DNA of 64,000 bases. Origin: Alphaproteobacteria bacterium. Its GTDB lineage: Bacteria > Pseudomonadota > Alphaproteobacteria > UBA828. Positions 42,233 to 51,760 of this stretch are shown here, piece after piece (within the stretch, counting starts at the first letter, position 1; every line of letters starts with the position of its first letter). A model generated the notes under the pieces. That model had not been told where the DNA came from. It saw only the letters and a program-made list of their open reading frames with translations, and did not search any database. A program made the position numbers and the translations under genes. Location of the stretch: NCBI GenBank assembly GCA_965214705.1, contig OZ243972.1, positions 2,976,001 to 3,040,000 on the forward strand, written 5' to 3'.

Positions 42233-43102
42233 TCAGTCTTTTGACATAGAGAAGGTTACACCGTGATTACTTAAGATAGGAATAATAGTGCTCACGTGCG
42301 TTCCCATTCCTGTATTGAGGAATTGGTGTTCCCTATTCCGATGATTAGGGACCTCTGGAGAGAAGCCGAGGGGGTGGTGCATCGTTCTCGACTGCATTGC
42401 CCAAATTCTCCCCTTTGCGTCAAATGTTGGACCGCCGCTTTGTCCGCGCAAACCGGGCGATGATGTTTCCACAAATTCAGCAGATATCTTACCATTCCCA
42501 ACTACCACAGTGCGAGTGAAAATGCCTTCAATCGGGAAAAGCGGAATTGGGAATGCGCCCGACGGAAACTCAAATGTATTGCTAGCTTCAACAAATGTTG
42601 GTGTAATGCTATGAAAAGGGAATCCCAATTTACATAGGCTCTCGCCAACATCGACGTTTGTCGAAGGATTCTTAAATGTGGGATATTTCGTCACGCGTGT
42701 CTTATCGAATCCAGAAAGCTGACCTATAGCCACGTCTGCTAGCGCATCAATTTGAAATGAATCGATGCGCCATCCGTCGTACCCCCACCATGGCGAGAAT
42801 TCGGTTATGTGGTTTGCGGGAGGTTTGGCCAAGGACCTTATCGACTTTTTCCGTTGGGCCTTTGTGAGCTTTTCATCAGCGTTGATGTTAGAGATTTCCC
42901 CCTTATAGTCAGTATAGGATTCCAGTTCCGCCTTATATTTCTGTATTTCGCTCACTATATGGTGCGCTGTAAGAATCCAACCATCCTCATTAAGGACAAT
43001 AAATGCACCTATCGAGCTGCCGGTCGAGCCATCCCGTCGGCGACGAGAAATAACGACCGGCAGCGTGTATTGCTGCGCCTCTTTTATCGCTTCTTGAAAC
43101 AT
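42233..43102 (-). CDS. trypsin-like serine protease (IS passenger, low GC)
   Basis: ILTAHH, ADVAIG, GQSGGP catalytic triad motifs. Confidence 0.85.
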   Translation of the reverse strand: MFQEAIKEAQQYTLPVVISRRRRDGSTGSSIGAFIVLNEDGWILTAHHIVSEIQKYKAELESYTDYKGEISNINADEKLTKAQRKKSIRSLAKPPANHITEFSPWWGYDGWRIDSFQIDALADVAIGQLSGFDKTRVTKYPTFKNPSTNVDVGESLCKLGFPFHSITPTFVEASNTFEFPSGAFPIPLFPIEGIFTRTVVVGNGKISAEFVETSSPGLRGQSGGPTFDAKGRIWAMQSRTMHHPLGFSPEVPNHRNREHQFLNTGMGTHVSTIIPILSNHGVTFSMSKD

Positions 43103-43149
43103 GCTAATGGGTCACTCGGAAAGTCAGACAGGACGAACATCATCCCCAC

Positions 43150-43320
43150 TCAGGGATTGTTGTTCTGTGGTCCCTTCGGCTCATTGCGCTCGGCACCGCC
43201 ACACGTGACGGCCCACGCCAGCGCTTCAGGCGTGGCGTTGATGCTCACGTCCTCTTCCAAGTCGGCTTTGGTTGGTTGGTGGGCCGCCGGATCGGTGGCC
43301 TTCAGGTCTCGGACTGCCAT
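43150..43320 (-). CDS. small hypothetical protein inside the IS1595 element
   Basis: GGGGGAGG RBS; MAVRDL..HQPTKADLEEDVSINATPEALA. Confidence 0.55.
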   Translation of the reverse strand: MAVRDLKATDPAAHQPTKADLEEDVSINATPEALAWAVTCGGAERNEPKGPQNNNP

Positions 43321-43867
43321 CGCCTCCCCCTGTGAAGCTGTGTCCACACGATGGTAGATATAGGAATTGGGTGCGCATCCTGACACACCCTCATCCACAG
43401 CACACCCGGAAAATGATACCCCTCATCGGCATACCCGCGCGTGGGCTTCGGCCATGGGGCCGAGGCGTTCGGCACTTTTCGATATAATCCCCATTGCAAA
43501 CTGTCCTTTGTAGCTCTTGCGTTGGCGAACGATTCTCGATTTCGAGCATCGACCGATTGTGGTGGTGCCAGTGATTAGCCAGAAGTCTCGGTCCCTTTGC
43601 GGCTGACGGTGCCACTATCCCATCGTGCGGTGTGGGCGGTCCAGGGCGACCTGTTCGGCGCTTCGCCGAACGAGGAGGTGATCGACGGAGCGTTGGCGCG
43701 GTGCACCAATCCCGGCGACGACGCCATCTTAAGCGGCCACGGCTTCGGAAGGAAACCCGTTCGGCAGGGACCTTCGGAGTTCGACCGAGGGGAAGGCAGC
43801 ACCGGTGTGAGCGGCCATCCCGTCCGGCCCGTGACGGCGCATTCTCTTGGCACCTGATCGGAGACGC

Positions 43868-44641
43868 TCACTCCCTGGTCATTGTCCAGATGACGTCGCC
43901 GAGCACATCGACATTCCCGGCGAGGCAGGTACGGACCCCGTAGTCAGGATTGGCGCAGCTCAGGCGGAGCCTCGGCGGCTCCGTCCCGCCGATCGGCTCG
44001 ACGCGCCAGACCTCGAAGCCGCCGTCTTGGCGGAGCACGAAGAGCCCGCCGGCGCAGGGAACGCGCTTCGCGGTGTCGACGAGCAGACGGTCGCCCTCGC
44101 GCAGCACGGGCTCCATCGCGTTGCCGCGCACCCTGACGACGCGCAGGTTCGCGGGCTCGGCGCCCAATTCTTCGCGGATCGTGCGTTCGGGGATCTGCCA
44201 GCGCGCCGTCTCGCGTTCGACCCCCTTGCCGGCCGGCTCCGGCGCGGCGAAGAACTCGATCTCGATCTCGGATACGTCGGCCAGGCCGGAAGCGCCTCTT
44301 GGCGGCCTGCGTTTTCCACGCTTCCGGGTCCTGGGCGCGGGGAGCTGGGCGTGTCGCAGGAGATCGGGGTCGCAGTCGAGCAGCGCGGCGAGAGCGGCGC
44401 AGTCCCGGTAGGAAAGCACGCGGGGGATGCCGCGGGCGAGATACTGCTGGAGCCAGGCCTTGTTCCTGCCGATGGCGAGGGAGGCGGCGGCGAGCGAGAC
44501 GCCGCGCTCCCGGAGCCGTTGCCGAAGATTCTCCCGTGCCGGATCGCGCTCCGTCGTGTGCTTCTTCGGCCGTGCCGCGGGCGCGCCCGCCGGGTCGCGG
44601 TCGATCCCGCCGCCGGCGCCGTGCGCCGCACCCGTCAGCAT
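43868..44641 (-). CDS. HTH + S24-like repressor paralog lacking catalytic residues
   Basis: SLAAASLAIGRNKAWLQQY HTH; GNAMEP and FEVWRV in place of GDSM and VVKRV. Confidence 0.8.
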   Translation of the reverse strand: MLTGAAHGAGGGIDRDPAGAPAARPKKHTTERDPARENLRQRLRERGVSLAAASLAIGRNKAWLQQYLARGIPRVLSYRDCAALAALLDCDPDLLRHAQLPAPRTRKRGKRRPPRGASGLADVSEIEIEFFAAPEPAGKGVERETARWQIPERTIREELGAEPANLRVVRVRGNAMEPVLREGDRLLVDTAKRVPCAGGLFVLRQDGGFEVWRVEPIGGTEPPRLRLSCANPDYGVRTCLAGNVDVLGDVIWTMTRE

Positions 44642-45336
44642 TTCCTCACGGTCCAGACGACCTTGCCGACGATGTGGGCTTCCTCGGCGAGGCAGCTGTA
44701 GGGCTCATACTCGGGGTTGGCGGAGTGGAGGCGGAGCCGCGGCGGCTCGGCATGGGGCATCACCTCGACGCGCTTGACCACCAGCCCCGAGCCGTCCCAG
44801 AGCACCGCCATCTCCCCGGTATCGGGGCTGCGCCGGGCGATGTCGACCAGCAGCCGGTCGCCGTCGGAGATCAGCGGCTCCATGGAGTCGCCGCGAGCGC
44901 GGAGCACGCGCAGGGTGCCGGGGTCGGCGTCGCCCTCGTGGCGGATCATGCCCTCGGGCAGGTACCAGCGCGCCTTCTCGTCGACGAACTCCTCGTTGAG
45001 CGCGCCCGGCCCGGCGGCGGCCTCGACCGCCACCTCGGGGATGGCGACGAGCGGCGCGCCGGCAGGGGGCGCGGTGCGCCGGCGGCGCTTCTGCGGCCTG
45101 CGCCGGGGCGGCTCGGGATGGCGCAGCTCGGTCGCCTCGCATCCAAGCAGCTTCGCGAGGCTCTCGGCGTCCGCATGGCCGAGCGCCTTGGGCACGCCGC
45201 GGGCGATGAACTGGTTCAGGTAGCTCGGGCTGCGGCCGATGGCGGCGGAGGCCTCCTTCATGGTGAGGCCGCGCTGCCATAGGCGATCCCTGATTTTTTG
45301 TCGTAACGGGTCGCGTTCCATGGTCGATGCTCGCAT
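44635..45336 (-). CDS. CI/LexA-like HTH + S24 peptidase repressor
   Basis: HTH, AAAGPG cleavage site, GDSMEP (Ser), LVVKRV (Lys); start at 45336 or 45321. Confidence 0.88.
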   Translation of the reverse strand: MRASTMERDPLRQKIRDRLWQRGLTMKEASAAIGRSPSYLNQFIARGVPKALGHADAESLAKLLGCEATELRHPEPPRRRPQKRRRRTAPPAGAPLVAIPEVAVEAAAGPGALNEEFVDEKARWYLPEGMIRHEGDADPGTLRVLRARGDSMEPLISDGDRLLVDIARRSPDTGEMAVLWDGSGLVVKRVEVMPHAEPPRLRLHSANPEYEPYSCLAEEAHIVGKVVWTVRKC

Positions 45337-45353
45337 CTGCTGCGTAGAACAGT

Positions 45354-45383
45354 AGTGTATTGAAGACTGAAATATATTGTCAA
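45354..45383 (-). promoter_or_regulatory. leftward sigma70-like promoter in the divergent control region
   Basis: TTGACA-18 nt-TACACT on the minus strand in an AT-rich gap. Confidence 0.55.
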
Positions 45384-45412
45384 GCCGGAATGTTCCACCT
45401 ACGTTCCGGCCC

Positions 45413-46135
45413 ATGACCCGATACCGCACACACTTCCTCGGTGCCATCGACGCCCATATGGAGCGTCACGACATGTCCCCCAGCCGCTTCGGCAGGGAGA
45501 CGATGCGCGATCCCACCTTCGTCTTTCGGGTGAAGAAGAAGGGGCGCAACCCGCGCCTGGATACGGTGGACAAGGTGCTGGTCGGGATGGGCCATGAACC
45601 CGTCGGGGACCGCTTCGTGGCCGAGGTCAGGACGTTCCTGGCGGTCACCGGCATGAAGCGCTCGGAATTCAGCCGCGAAGTCAACAAAAACCGGTCCTTT
45701 GCGACCTGGCTGCTGAATGGCGGCTTGCCCCGGCTCGCCACCATGGACAAGGCGGACGCCGTCATGGCCGAGCATGCGAACCCGGCCCAGCGCGAGGCGA
45801 TCCGGGCGGCGGTCGAGGAAGGGGTACCCGCGGCGCCGGTCGGGGAAGCCGACGATGAGGAGATGGAGATGACCGAGGACGGCTACATGAGCACCGAGGA
45901 GGCGGCGGAGTTCCTGAAACTGTCGCCCCGCACGCTTCAGGCTTACCGGGGCAGCGGCAAGGGACCGCCGTTCAGCCGTATGGGCAACCGGGCGCGCTAT
46001 CTGCGCTCGAAGGTCGCGGAGTGGGCGGCCGCGCGCGAGGCGCGCTCGACCACCGAGGCCGACGAGAAGGAGCGCGAGGAGAGAGCGGCGGCCTCGCCGC
46101 CGGACAGGGACGACACCGGGAAGGAGGACAGGTGA
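45413..46135 (+). CDS. regulator with two Cro-like HTH repeats and a C-terminal excisionase-like HTH
   Basis: MSPSRFGR..DPTFV..PRLDT and MKRSEFSR..PRLAT repeats; MSTEEAAEFLKLSPRTL..GKGPPF..RY. Confidence 0.75.
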   Translation: MTRYRTHFLGAIDAHMERHDMSPSRFGRETMRDPTFVFRVKKKGRNPRLDTVDKVLVGMGHEPVGDRFVAEVRTFLAVTGMKRSEFSREVNKNRSFATWLLNGGLPRLATMDKADAVMAEHANPAQREAIRAAVEEGVPAAPVGEADDEEMEMTEDGYMSTEEAAEFLKLSPRTLQAYRGSGKGPPFSRMGNRARYLRSKVAEWAAAREARSTTEADEKEREERAAASPPDRDDTGKEDR

Positions 46136-46458
46136 TGACTGCAATCTCGAACGACCGCAGGAAGCGCGCACTCCGCATCGCCGTGGGCGCGATCGTCGCG
46201 CTGGCGCTGGCGCTGCTCGGGATCGACGCCGCGTTTGCGACGACGGACACCACCTTCACGGATCCGCTGGACACGGTGACGGGCATGGTGTCGGGCACCG
46301 GCGGTCAGCTCGCGGCGGCGCTCGCCGTGGGCGCCGCCCTGGTGGGCTCGGTTCTGCGCTTCAACGCGATGCAGCTTCTCGGCGCGGTCGGCGTCGGCGT
46401 GGCGGCGGGCGCCGGCACCGGGATCGTCACCGGCCTCGTCGGCACGGCGATCGTCTGA
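46135..46458 (+). CDS. traA: conjugative pilin
   Basis: Leader ending AFA plus hydrophobic segments; position before traL. Confidence 0.75.
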   Translation: MTAISNDRRKRALRIAVGAIVALALALLGIDAAFATTDTTFTDPLDTVTGMVSGTGGQLAAALAVGAALVGSVLRFNAMQLLGAVGVGVAAGAGTGIVTGLVGTAIV

Positions 46459-46468
46459 CGGTGCGGCG

Positions 46469-46762
46469 ATGAGCGACACCGCGCGCCATGCGATACCGCG
46501 CCGGCTCGACGATCCGGAGCGCTGGCTGTTCTGGACCTTCGACGAGGCGGCCGCGCTGCTGGGACCGGCGGTGCTCGGGCTCGCGGCGAACCAGTTCGTC
46601 GCAGGACTGGTGGCCGGCATCGCCGGCTGGCTGCTGCTGCGCCGCGTCAAGCGCGGCGGCGGGGCCAACATCGCGCTCTACGCGCTCTACTGGTTCCTGC
46701 CCGAGTTCGTGCTGCGGCTCCGTGGCACCCCGCCGAGCCATGTCAGGCGGTACTTCGGATGA
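46469..46762 (+). CDS. traL: F-type TraL
   Basis: IPRRLDDP..WTFDE..YWFLP..TPPS..R.Y.G. Confidence 0.9.
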   Translation: MSDTARHAIPRRLDDPERWLFWTFDEAAALLGPAVLGLAANQFVAGLVAGIAGWLLLRRVKRGGGANIALYALYWFLPEFVLRLRGTPPSHVRRYFG

Positions 46763-47310
46763 GGCGCGAGGCGATGGACGCGGAGCGTCGCCGTGCGCGG
46801 GATGCGCGGACGGTTCTCGCGGGCCTGCTGGCGCTCTCGGTGCTGTCCAACCTGGTGCTGGCGCACGGGCTCAGCAGCCGCGAGCGGGTAACGGTGCTCC
46901 TTCCCGCCGTCTCGGGCCCCGCCTGGGAGGTGGGGGAGAGCTGGGCCGGGCGGCGCTACCTGGAGGACGCCGCGCGCACCGCAGCGGTGACGCTGCTCAC
47001 GCTGACGCCCGAGAACGCGGCCCATGTGCGTGAGGCAGCGGCGCGTCTCGCCCATGCCGAGGCCAGGGGCGCGATCGGCGCCTGGGTGGCAGCGGAAGCG
47101 GAACGGATGGCCCGGCGCGATCTCGCGACCGCGTTCTATCCGAGGAGCATCGAGAGCGACGGGCGCGAACTCAGCGCCGAGATCGCGGGCGAGCTCGTGA
47201 CCTGGATCGGGCGCGAGGAAGCATCGCGGCAGAAGCGGCGCTACCGCCTCGCCTTCCGCATCGACGCGGGCCGGCTCGCGCTGCTGCGCTTCGAGCAGAT
47301 GGAGGACTGA
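46759..47310 (+). CDS. traE: F-type TraE
   Basis: TM segment, YLE, L.LTPEN, FYP; gene order. Confidence 0.85.
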   Translation: MRREAMDAERRRARDARTVLAGLLALSVLSNLVLAHGLSSRERVTVLLPAVSGPAWEVGESWAGRRYLEDAARTAAVTLLTLTPENAAHVREAAARLAHAEARGAIGAWVAAEAERMARRDLATAFYPRSIESDGRELSAEIAGELVTWIGREEASRQKRRYRLAFRIDAGRLALLRFEQMED

Positions 47311-47312
47311 GG

Positions 47313-48302
47313 ATGAATACAGGATCGTTGACGGCCGGACCGCACTCCATGGCGCGCTTCGGCCGCGTCGCGGCAATGGCGGCGGCACTCCTTATATGTA
47401 TGGCGTACGGCTCCGTGGCCGCCGCCATGGATGCCTCGGGCGCGTATGCCGCCGGCACGAGTGTCTCCGGCACGAGTGTCTCCGGCACAAGTGTCCTGGA
47501 GGCGGCGGATCATGCCGAGCTTGCGGCGGACATCTCCATGTCCGGGGTTGTTCGCATCGCGCTGCCGGGCGACCGCGTCGCCAAGGTGATCCGGGCGCCC
47601 GGCGGCCTGCGCGTCGAGCACGACCCGGCGAGCGGCGATCTCTACCTGCACCCCCTCGGGGGCGACGGCGCGGCGGCGGCGGGGCCCGAGGTGCTGTTCA
47701 TCGGCACCGAGCGGGGCTTCACCTACCGGCTCGCTCTGACGCCCGTGTCCGTGGGCGCGACGCAGATCCTGATCCGCAACCCGGCGGTCACGGTATCCGC
47801 ATCTTCACCGGCCCGGAGGGTCAAGGGGATACTCGTGCCGGAGAGCGACGGCCGCGTCGGCGCGCTGGTGCGCCTGGTCCGCGCGGCGGCGCGGGGCGAG
47901 CCGCTTGCCGGTTATGCGGTCCATGCCGGGCGCGCGGTCGCCGGCACAAGTGTCCCCGGCACGGGTGTCTCAGGATTGAAGGTCATCGAGACCTGGCGTG
48001 GATCGCGCTTCTCGGCGTTCGTGTTCGAGGCCGGCCCTTCGGCCTCAGGGGGCGCGGAGGGCGCCGCGGGCCTCGCCGGGACACTCGTGCCGGAGACACT
48101 CGTGCCGGAGACACTCGTGCCGGGGACCATCGGCGGGCTGGCGGGCATCGGCCGCCTCGCCGCTCTCTGGCTGGCGGCGCCCGGCACCGGCCCCTCGGGC
48201 GGCAGGCTCGCGGTGGCGGTGTACGAGGACGCCCGTGCCGGAGACACTCGCGCCGGAGACGGTCCGGTTGCCGATCCGCCGCACGCGGGAGAGTCACGGT
48301 GA
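47313..48302 (+). CDS. traK: F-type TraK with pentapeptide-repeat insertions
   Basis: RIAL.GDRV, GDLYL, FIGTERGFTY.L.L.P; gene order. Confidence 0.82.
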   Translation: MNTGSLTAGPHSMARFGRVAAMAAALLICMAYGSVAAAMDASGAYAAGTSVSGTSVSGTSVLEAADHAELAADISMSGVVRIALPGDRVAKVIRAPGGLRVEHDPASGDLYLHPLGGDGAAAAGPEVLFIGTERGFTYRLALTPVSVGATQILIRNPAVTVSASSPARRVKGILVPESDGRVGALVRLVRAAARGEPLAGYAVHAGRAVAGTSVPGTGVSGLKVIETWRGSRFSAFVFEAGPSASGGAEGAAGLAGTLVPETLVPETLVPGTIGGLAGIGRLAALWLAAPGTGPSGGRLAVAVYEDARAGDTRAGDGPVADPPHAGESR

Positions 48303-48487
48303 GCGCGCGCACCGCGAAGGCGCGCGACGGCGAGTCGCGCCGCGCCCGCAACCGGCAGCTGGTGCTGTTCTCGGTGATCGCGGCGGCGGTGCTGATGGTG
48401 TTCGCCTTCTGGCTCGCGGCGGGCGGCGGCAATGCGCCCCGGCCGGAGGCGCGCATCGATGCCGAGCTCGCGACGCCGGGGACGGCC

Positions 48488-50690
48488 CAGGGCGAATTTG
48501 TCCAAGCCTGATTTTTGAGTTCTGCGCTACGAGTTGACCTTGGGTCTGGTCAGCGCGCGCCAACCCTGCTATGGATTGAGGCGACTGGATTCGCGGTGTT
48601 CTGCTGCGGATCGGCTTCGAGCAGGGGGACGGTTTCTACGGTGGATCTTTCCGAGGTCGATGTCGCTGCTGTCCGGCCGGAGGACGAGGCCCGGTTCCGC
48701 GCGCTGATGGAGGGGCATCACTACCTGGGTGCGTCTGCGAAGGTGGGGGCGACGGCGTGGTACGTCGCCCATCGGCGCGGCGAGTGGCTGGCGCTGGCCG
48801 TGTTTTCGGCTGCGGCGCGCAAGTGCCGGGCGCGGGACGAGTGGATCGGCTGGGACTTCCGCACGCAGCACGGGCGGCTGCATCTGATCGCGAACAACGC
48901 GCGCTTCCTGATCCTGCCGGGACGGGGTGTTCCGAACCTCGGCTCGCGGGTGCTGGGGCTTTGCGCGCGGCGCTTGGCGCGCGACTGGCCGGCCCGCTTC
49001 GGCCACCCCGTGCTGATGCTGGAAACATTCGTGGACGCGGCGAGGTTCCGGGGCACGGTCTACCGGGCGGCTGGATGGCTGGCGGTCGGCCAGACCCGCG
49101 GCTTCCGGCGCCACCGCTCGGGCTATGTCGCCGGCTCGACGCCGAAGCTTGTGCTGCTGCGCCCCCTGGTTCCCGACGCCTGCCGCCGGCTGTCCGCTGC
49201 CGGGCTGGATCGGGAGTTGTGGAAGAAAGGAGTTCCGAGAACCATGATCAGCGCCGCTCAGCAAGAGTCGCTCTACGCCTACTTCAAGGACATCGACGAC
49301 CCCCGCACGCGCAAGGGACGGCGGCATTCGCTGCCCAGCGTGCTCGCGCTTGCGAGTGGCGCGACGCTCTGCGGCATGCGAGGCTGGAAGGCCATGTCCG
49401 AGTGGGTCGACGATCTCGGCGAGAAGGCGCTGGCCCGCTTCGGCGTGCGGCTGCGCGACGGGGTGCGCCGGCCGCCTTCGATGTCGACCATCCGCAATGT
49501 GGTGATCCGGGTGGACCCGGACCAGTTGGACGAGGCGTTGCGCAAGTGGCAGGAGGCCCACGGCTCAGGCGACGCGGCGCTTGCCATCGACGGCAAGACC
49601 CTGAGGGGGGCCATCGACGAGGACGGGACCCAGGCTCATGTCATGAGCGCGGTCGGGCACGAGACCAAGGCCACGCTCGCCCAAAAAAACTTCTCCTGAA
49701 AGTCGGGGCCGACGAGGAGACAAAGCGCACCAACGAGATCGGCACCGTGACGGCGCTGGTGGACCTGATCCCGAACATCGCGGGCAAGACGGTCACGACG
49801 GACGCGCTGCTAACCCAGCGCAAGTTCGCCCGCTACCTGCTCGACCGGGGCGCGCACTTCATGTTCATCGTGAAAGGGAACCAGAAGACCATGCGGGACG
49901 ATGTGACGCTGCTCTTCGAAGAGGCGCCGGAGCGTGAGCCCGACTTCGAGGAGGAGGCCGCGCTGTCGCACGGACGCATCGAGCAGCGGGCAATCTGGAC
50001 GAGCACGGAGTTGAACGGCTTTCTCGACTTCCCGGGCGTCGGCCAGGTCTTCATGATCGAGCGCTCCCGCCAGGACAAGAAGACCGGCGAGACCGGCACC
50101 GAGACCGCCTACGGGATCTCCAGCCACACGCCCGGCACGGCCAACGCGCAGAGCCTGCTCGCCCTCAACCGCGGCCACTGGTGCATCGAGAACAGCTCGC
50201 ACCACTGCCTCGACTGGACCTGGGACGAGGACCGCAGCCGCATACGCACAGGCTTCGGCCCCGAGAACATGACCCGCCTGCGGCGCTTCGCCATCGGCCT
50301 GATCAAGGGCCGGGGGCTCGAGGTCGCCTCGACCGTGCGCAGGCTCGCCCGCAACGTCCGCGCCGTCCTCGACTTCCTGAAAATGACCGGGAACACCCAG
50401 CCGAGGACCGCAAAGCGCGCCGCGCCGGCCTGAACCCCGGCGCCCGGCAAGCCGGGCGCAAAGATCGTACCTGCCCTCGCTCCCGACCACGCCGGTGGCG
50501 CGATCCATCATGTCGGGGCACCGCCAAATCGCGACGGCACCGCCCGCACCGCCCACACGGTAATGCCAGAACCGTCTGACCGAACCGGATGCTCGGCCAG
50601 ACCCCGCCGCAAACCCCGCAACAAAGCCGATCCGCACAACCCGTGGCCAGAACTCAACTGCCTACCAGCCGCTTGGACAAATTTGCCCTG
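48488..50690 (+). mobile_element. ISAs1-family insertion sequence
   Basis: 20-bp IRs CAGGGC(G/A)AATTTGTCCAAGC; 10-bp TSD GGGGACGGCC at 48478-48487 and 50691-50700. Confidence 0.93.
48641..50433 (+). CDS. DUF4338-ISAs1 transposase with probable -1 programmed frameshift
   Basis: HHYLG..RDEWIGW..ETFVD; AIDGKT; A7C run at 49683-49690; -1 frame TTDALLTQ, VKGNQ, HGRIE, RGHWCIEN. Confidence 0.82.
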
Positions 50691-51760
50691 GGGGACGGCC
50701 GAGGAGAGCTGGACGCGGCGCTCTGAAGCCCGACTCGGCGACATGGACGCGCGGCTGCGCGACATGGAGACCAGGGCGAATCGCGTGAACCAGGAGAATG
50801 AGCGCCTCCGGACCCAGCTCACCGCCAATGCCCAGGACGCGAAGCGTGTCATCGACGGCCTCGCGGCGAAGATCGCCGAGATGGAGCGCGCGGAGGCGGG
50901 CTCAGAAGCCGCCCCGGCCGAGGGCGCGCCGAAGGGCGAGCTGTTCCAGCGGGGCGCGGGGCGGCGGACAGCCCCGACGGCCGGCGATGCCGCGTCCGGG
51001 GTCGTGCCGGAGACCGGGTCTCTGATCGAGACCTTCCGGCTCGACGGTTCGGAGGAGCCGTTCGACGCGCCCCCCGCCAGGGATATCGGCGCCTGGCTTC
51101 CGGCCGGGAGCCACGCCGAGGCGATCGTGCTCGCGGGCGTCGACGCCTCGGCGGGGGTCTCGTCGCAGGGCGACCCGCGCCCGGTGCTGCTCAGGATCGT
51201 CGGTCCCGCATGGACCGCGGCGGTCGATGGCAGGGCGCTCGCCGTCGATATCGACGGCTGCACCGTGACCGGCGCCGCCCATGGCGACCTCTCGTCGGAG
51301 AAGGTCTACGCGAGGCTCAGGACGCTCACCTGCGTCGGAGACGAGCCCGGCACGGGGGAACACCCCGGCACGGTGCTGGAAACACAGGTTGCGGGGTTCG
51401 TCGCCGGCGCCGGCAAGACCGGTGTGCGCGGCCCCGTGGTGAGCCGCGAGGGCGCGCTGGTCGAGAAGGCGTTCCTGGCCGGCCTCGTCTCCGGGCTCGG
51501 CGAGGGTGTCTCGGGCGCGTTCGCGCCGCAGGCCGTCGCCACCGGCACGGGAGCTTCGATGGCCAATACCGGTCTCGACGATATCGGCCGGGCCGGGCTC
51601 GGCTCCGGGGCTTCGTCGGCGGGCCGCAAGGTCGCCGACTACCTGATCCGGCGCGCCGAACAGTACCAGCCGGTGATCCAGCTCCAGGCCGGGACCCGGG
51701 TGACGGTGGTGTTCATCGAGGGCGCGTGGCTCGACGGAAGGACCGAAAAGGGGAAGAGGA

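Larger units (their letters stand above)
38390..43492 (+). mobile_element. IS1595-family transporter IS carrying passenger genes, with nested IS91-like element
   Basis: 25-bp IRs GGGG(T/A)TTATATCGAAAAGTGCCGAA; 8-bp TSD ATTGCAAA at 38382-38389 and 43493-43500. Confidence 0.92.
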
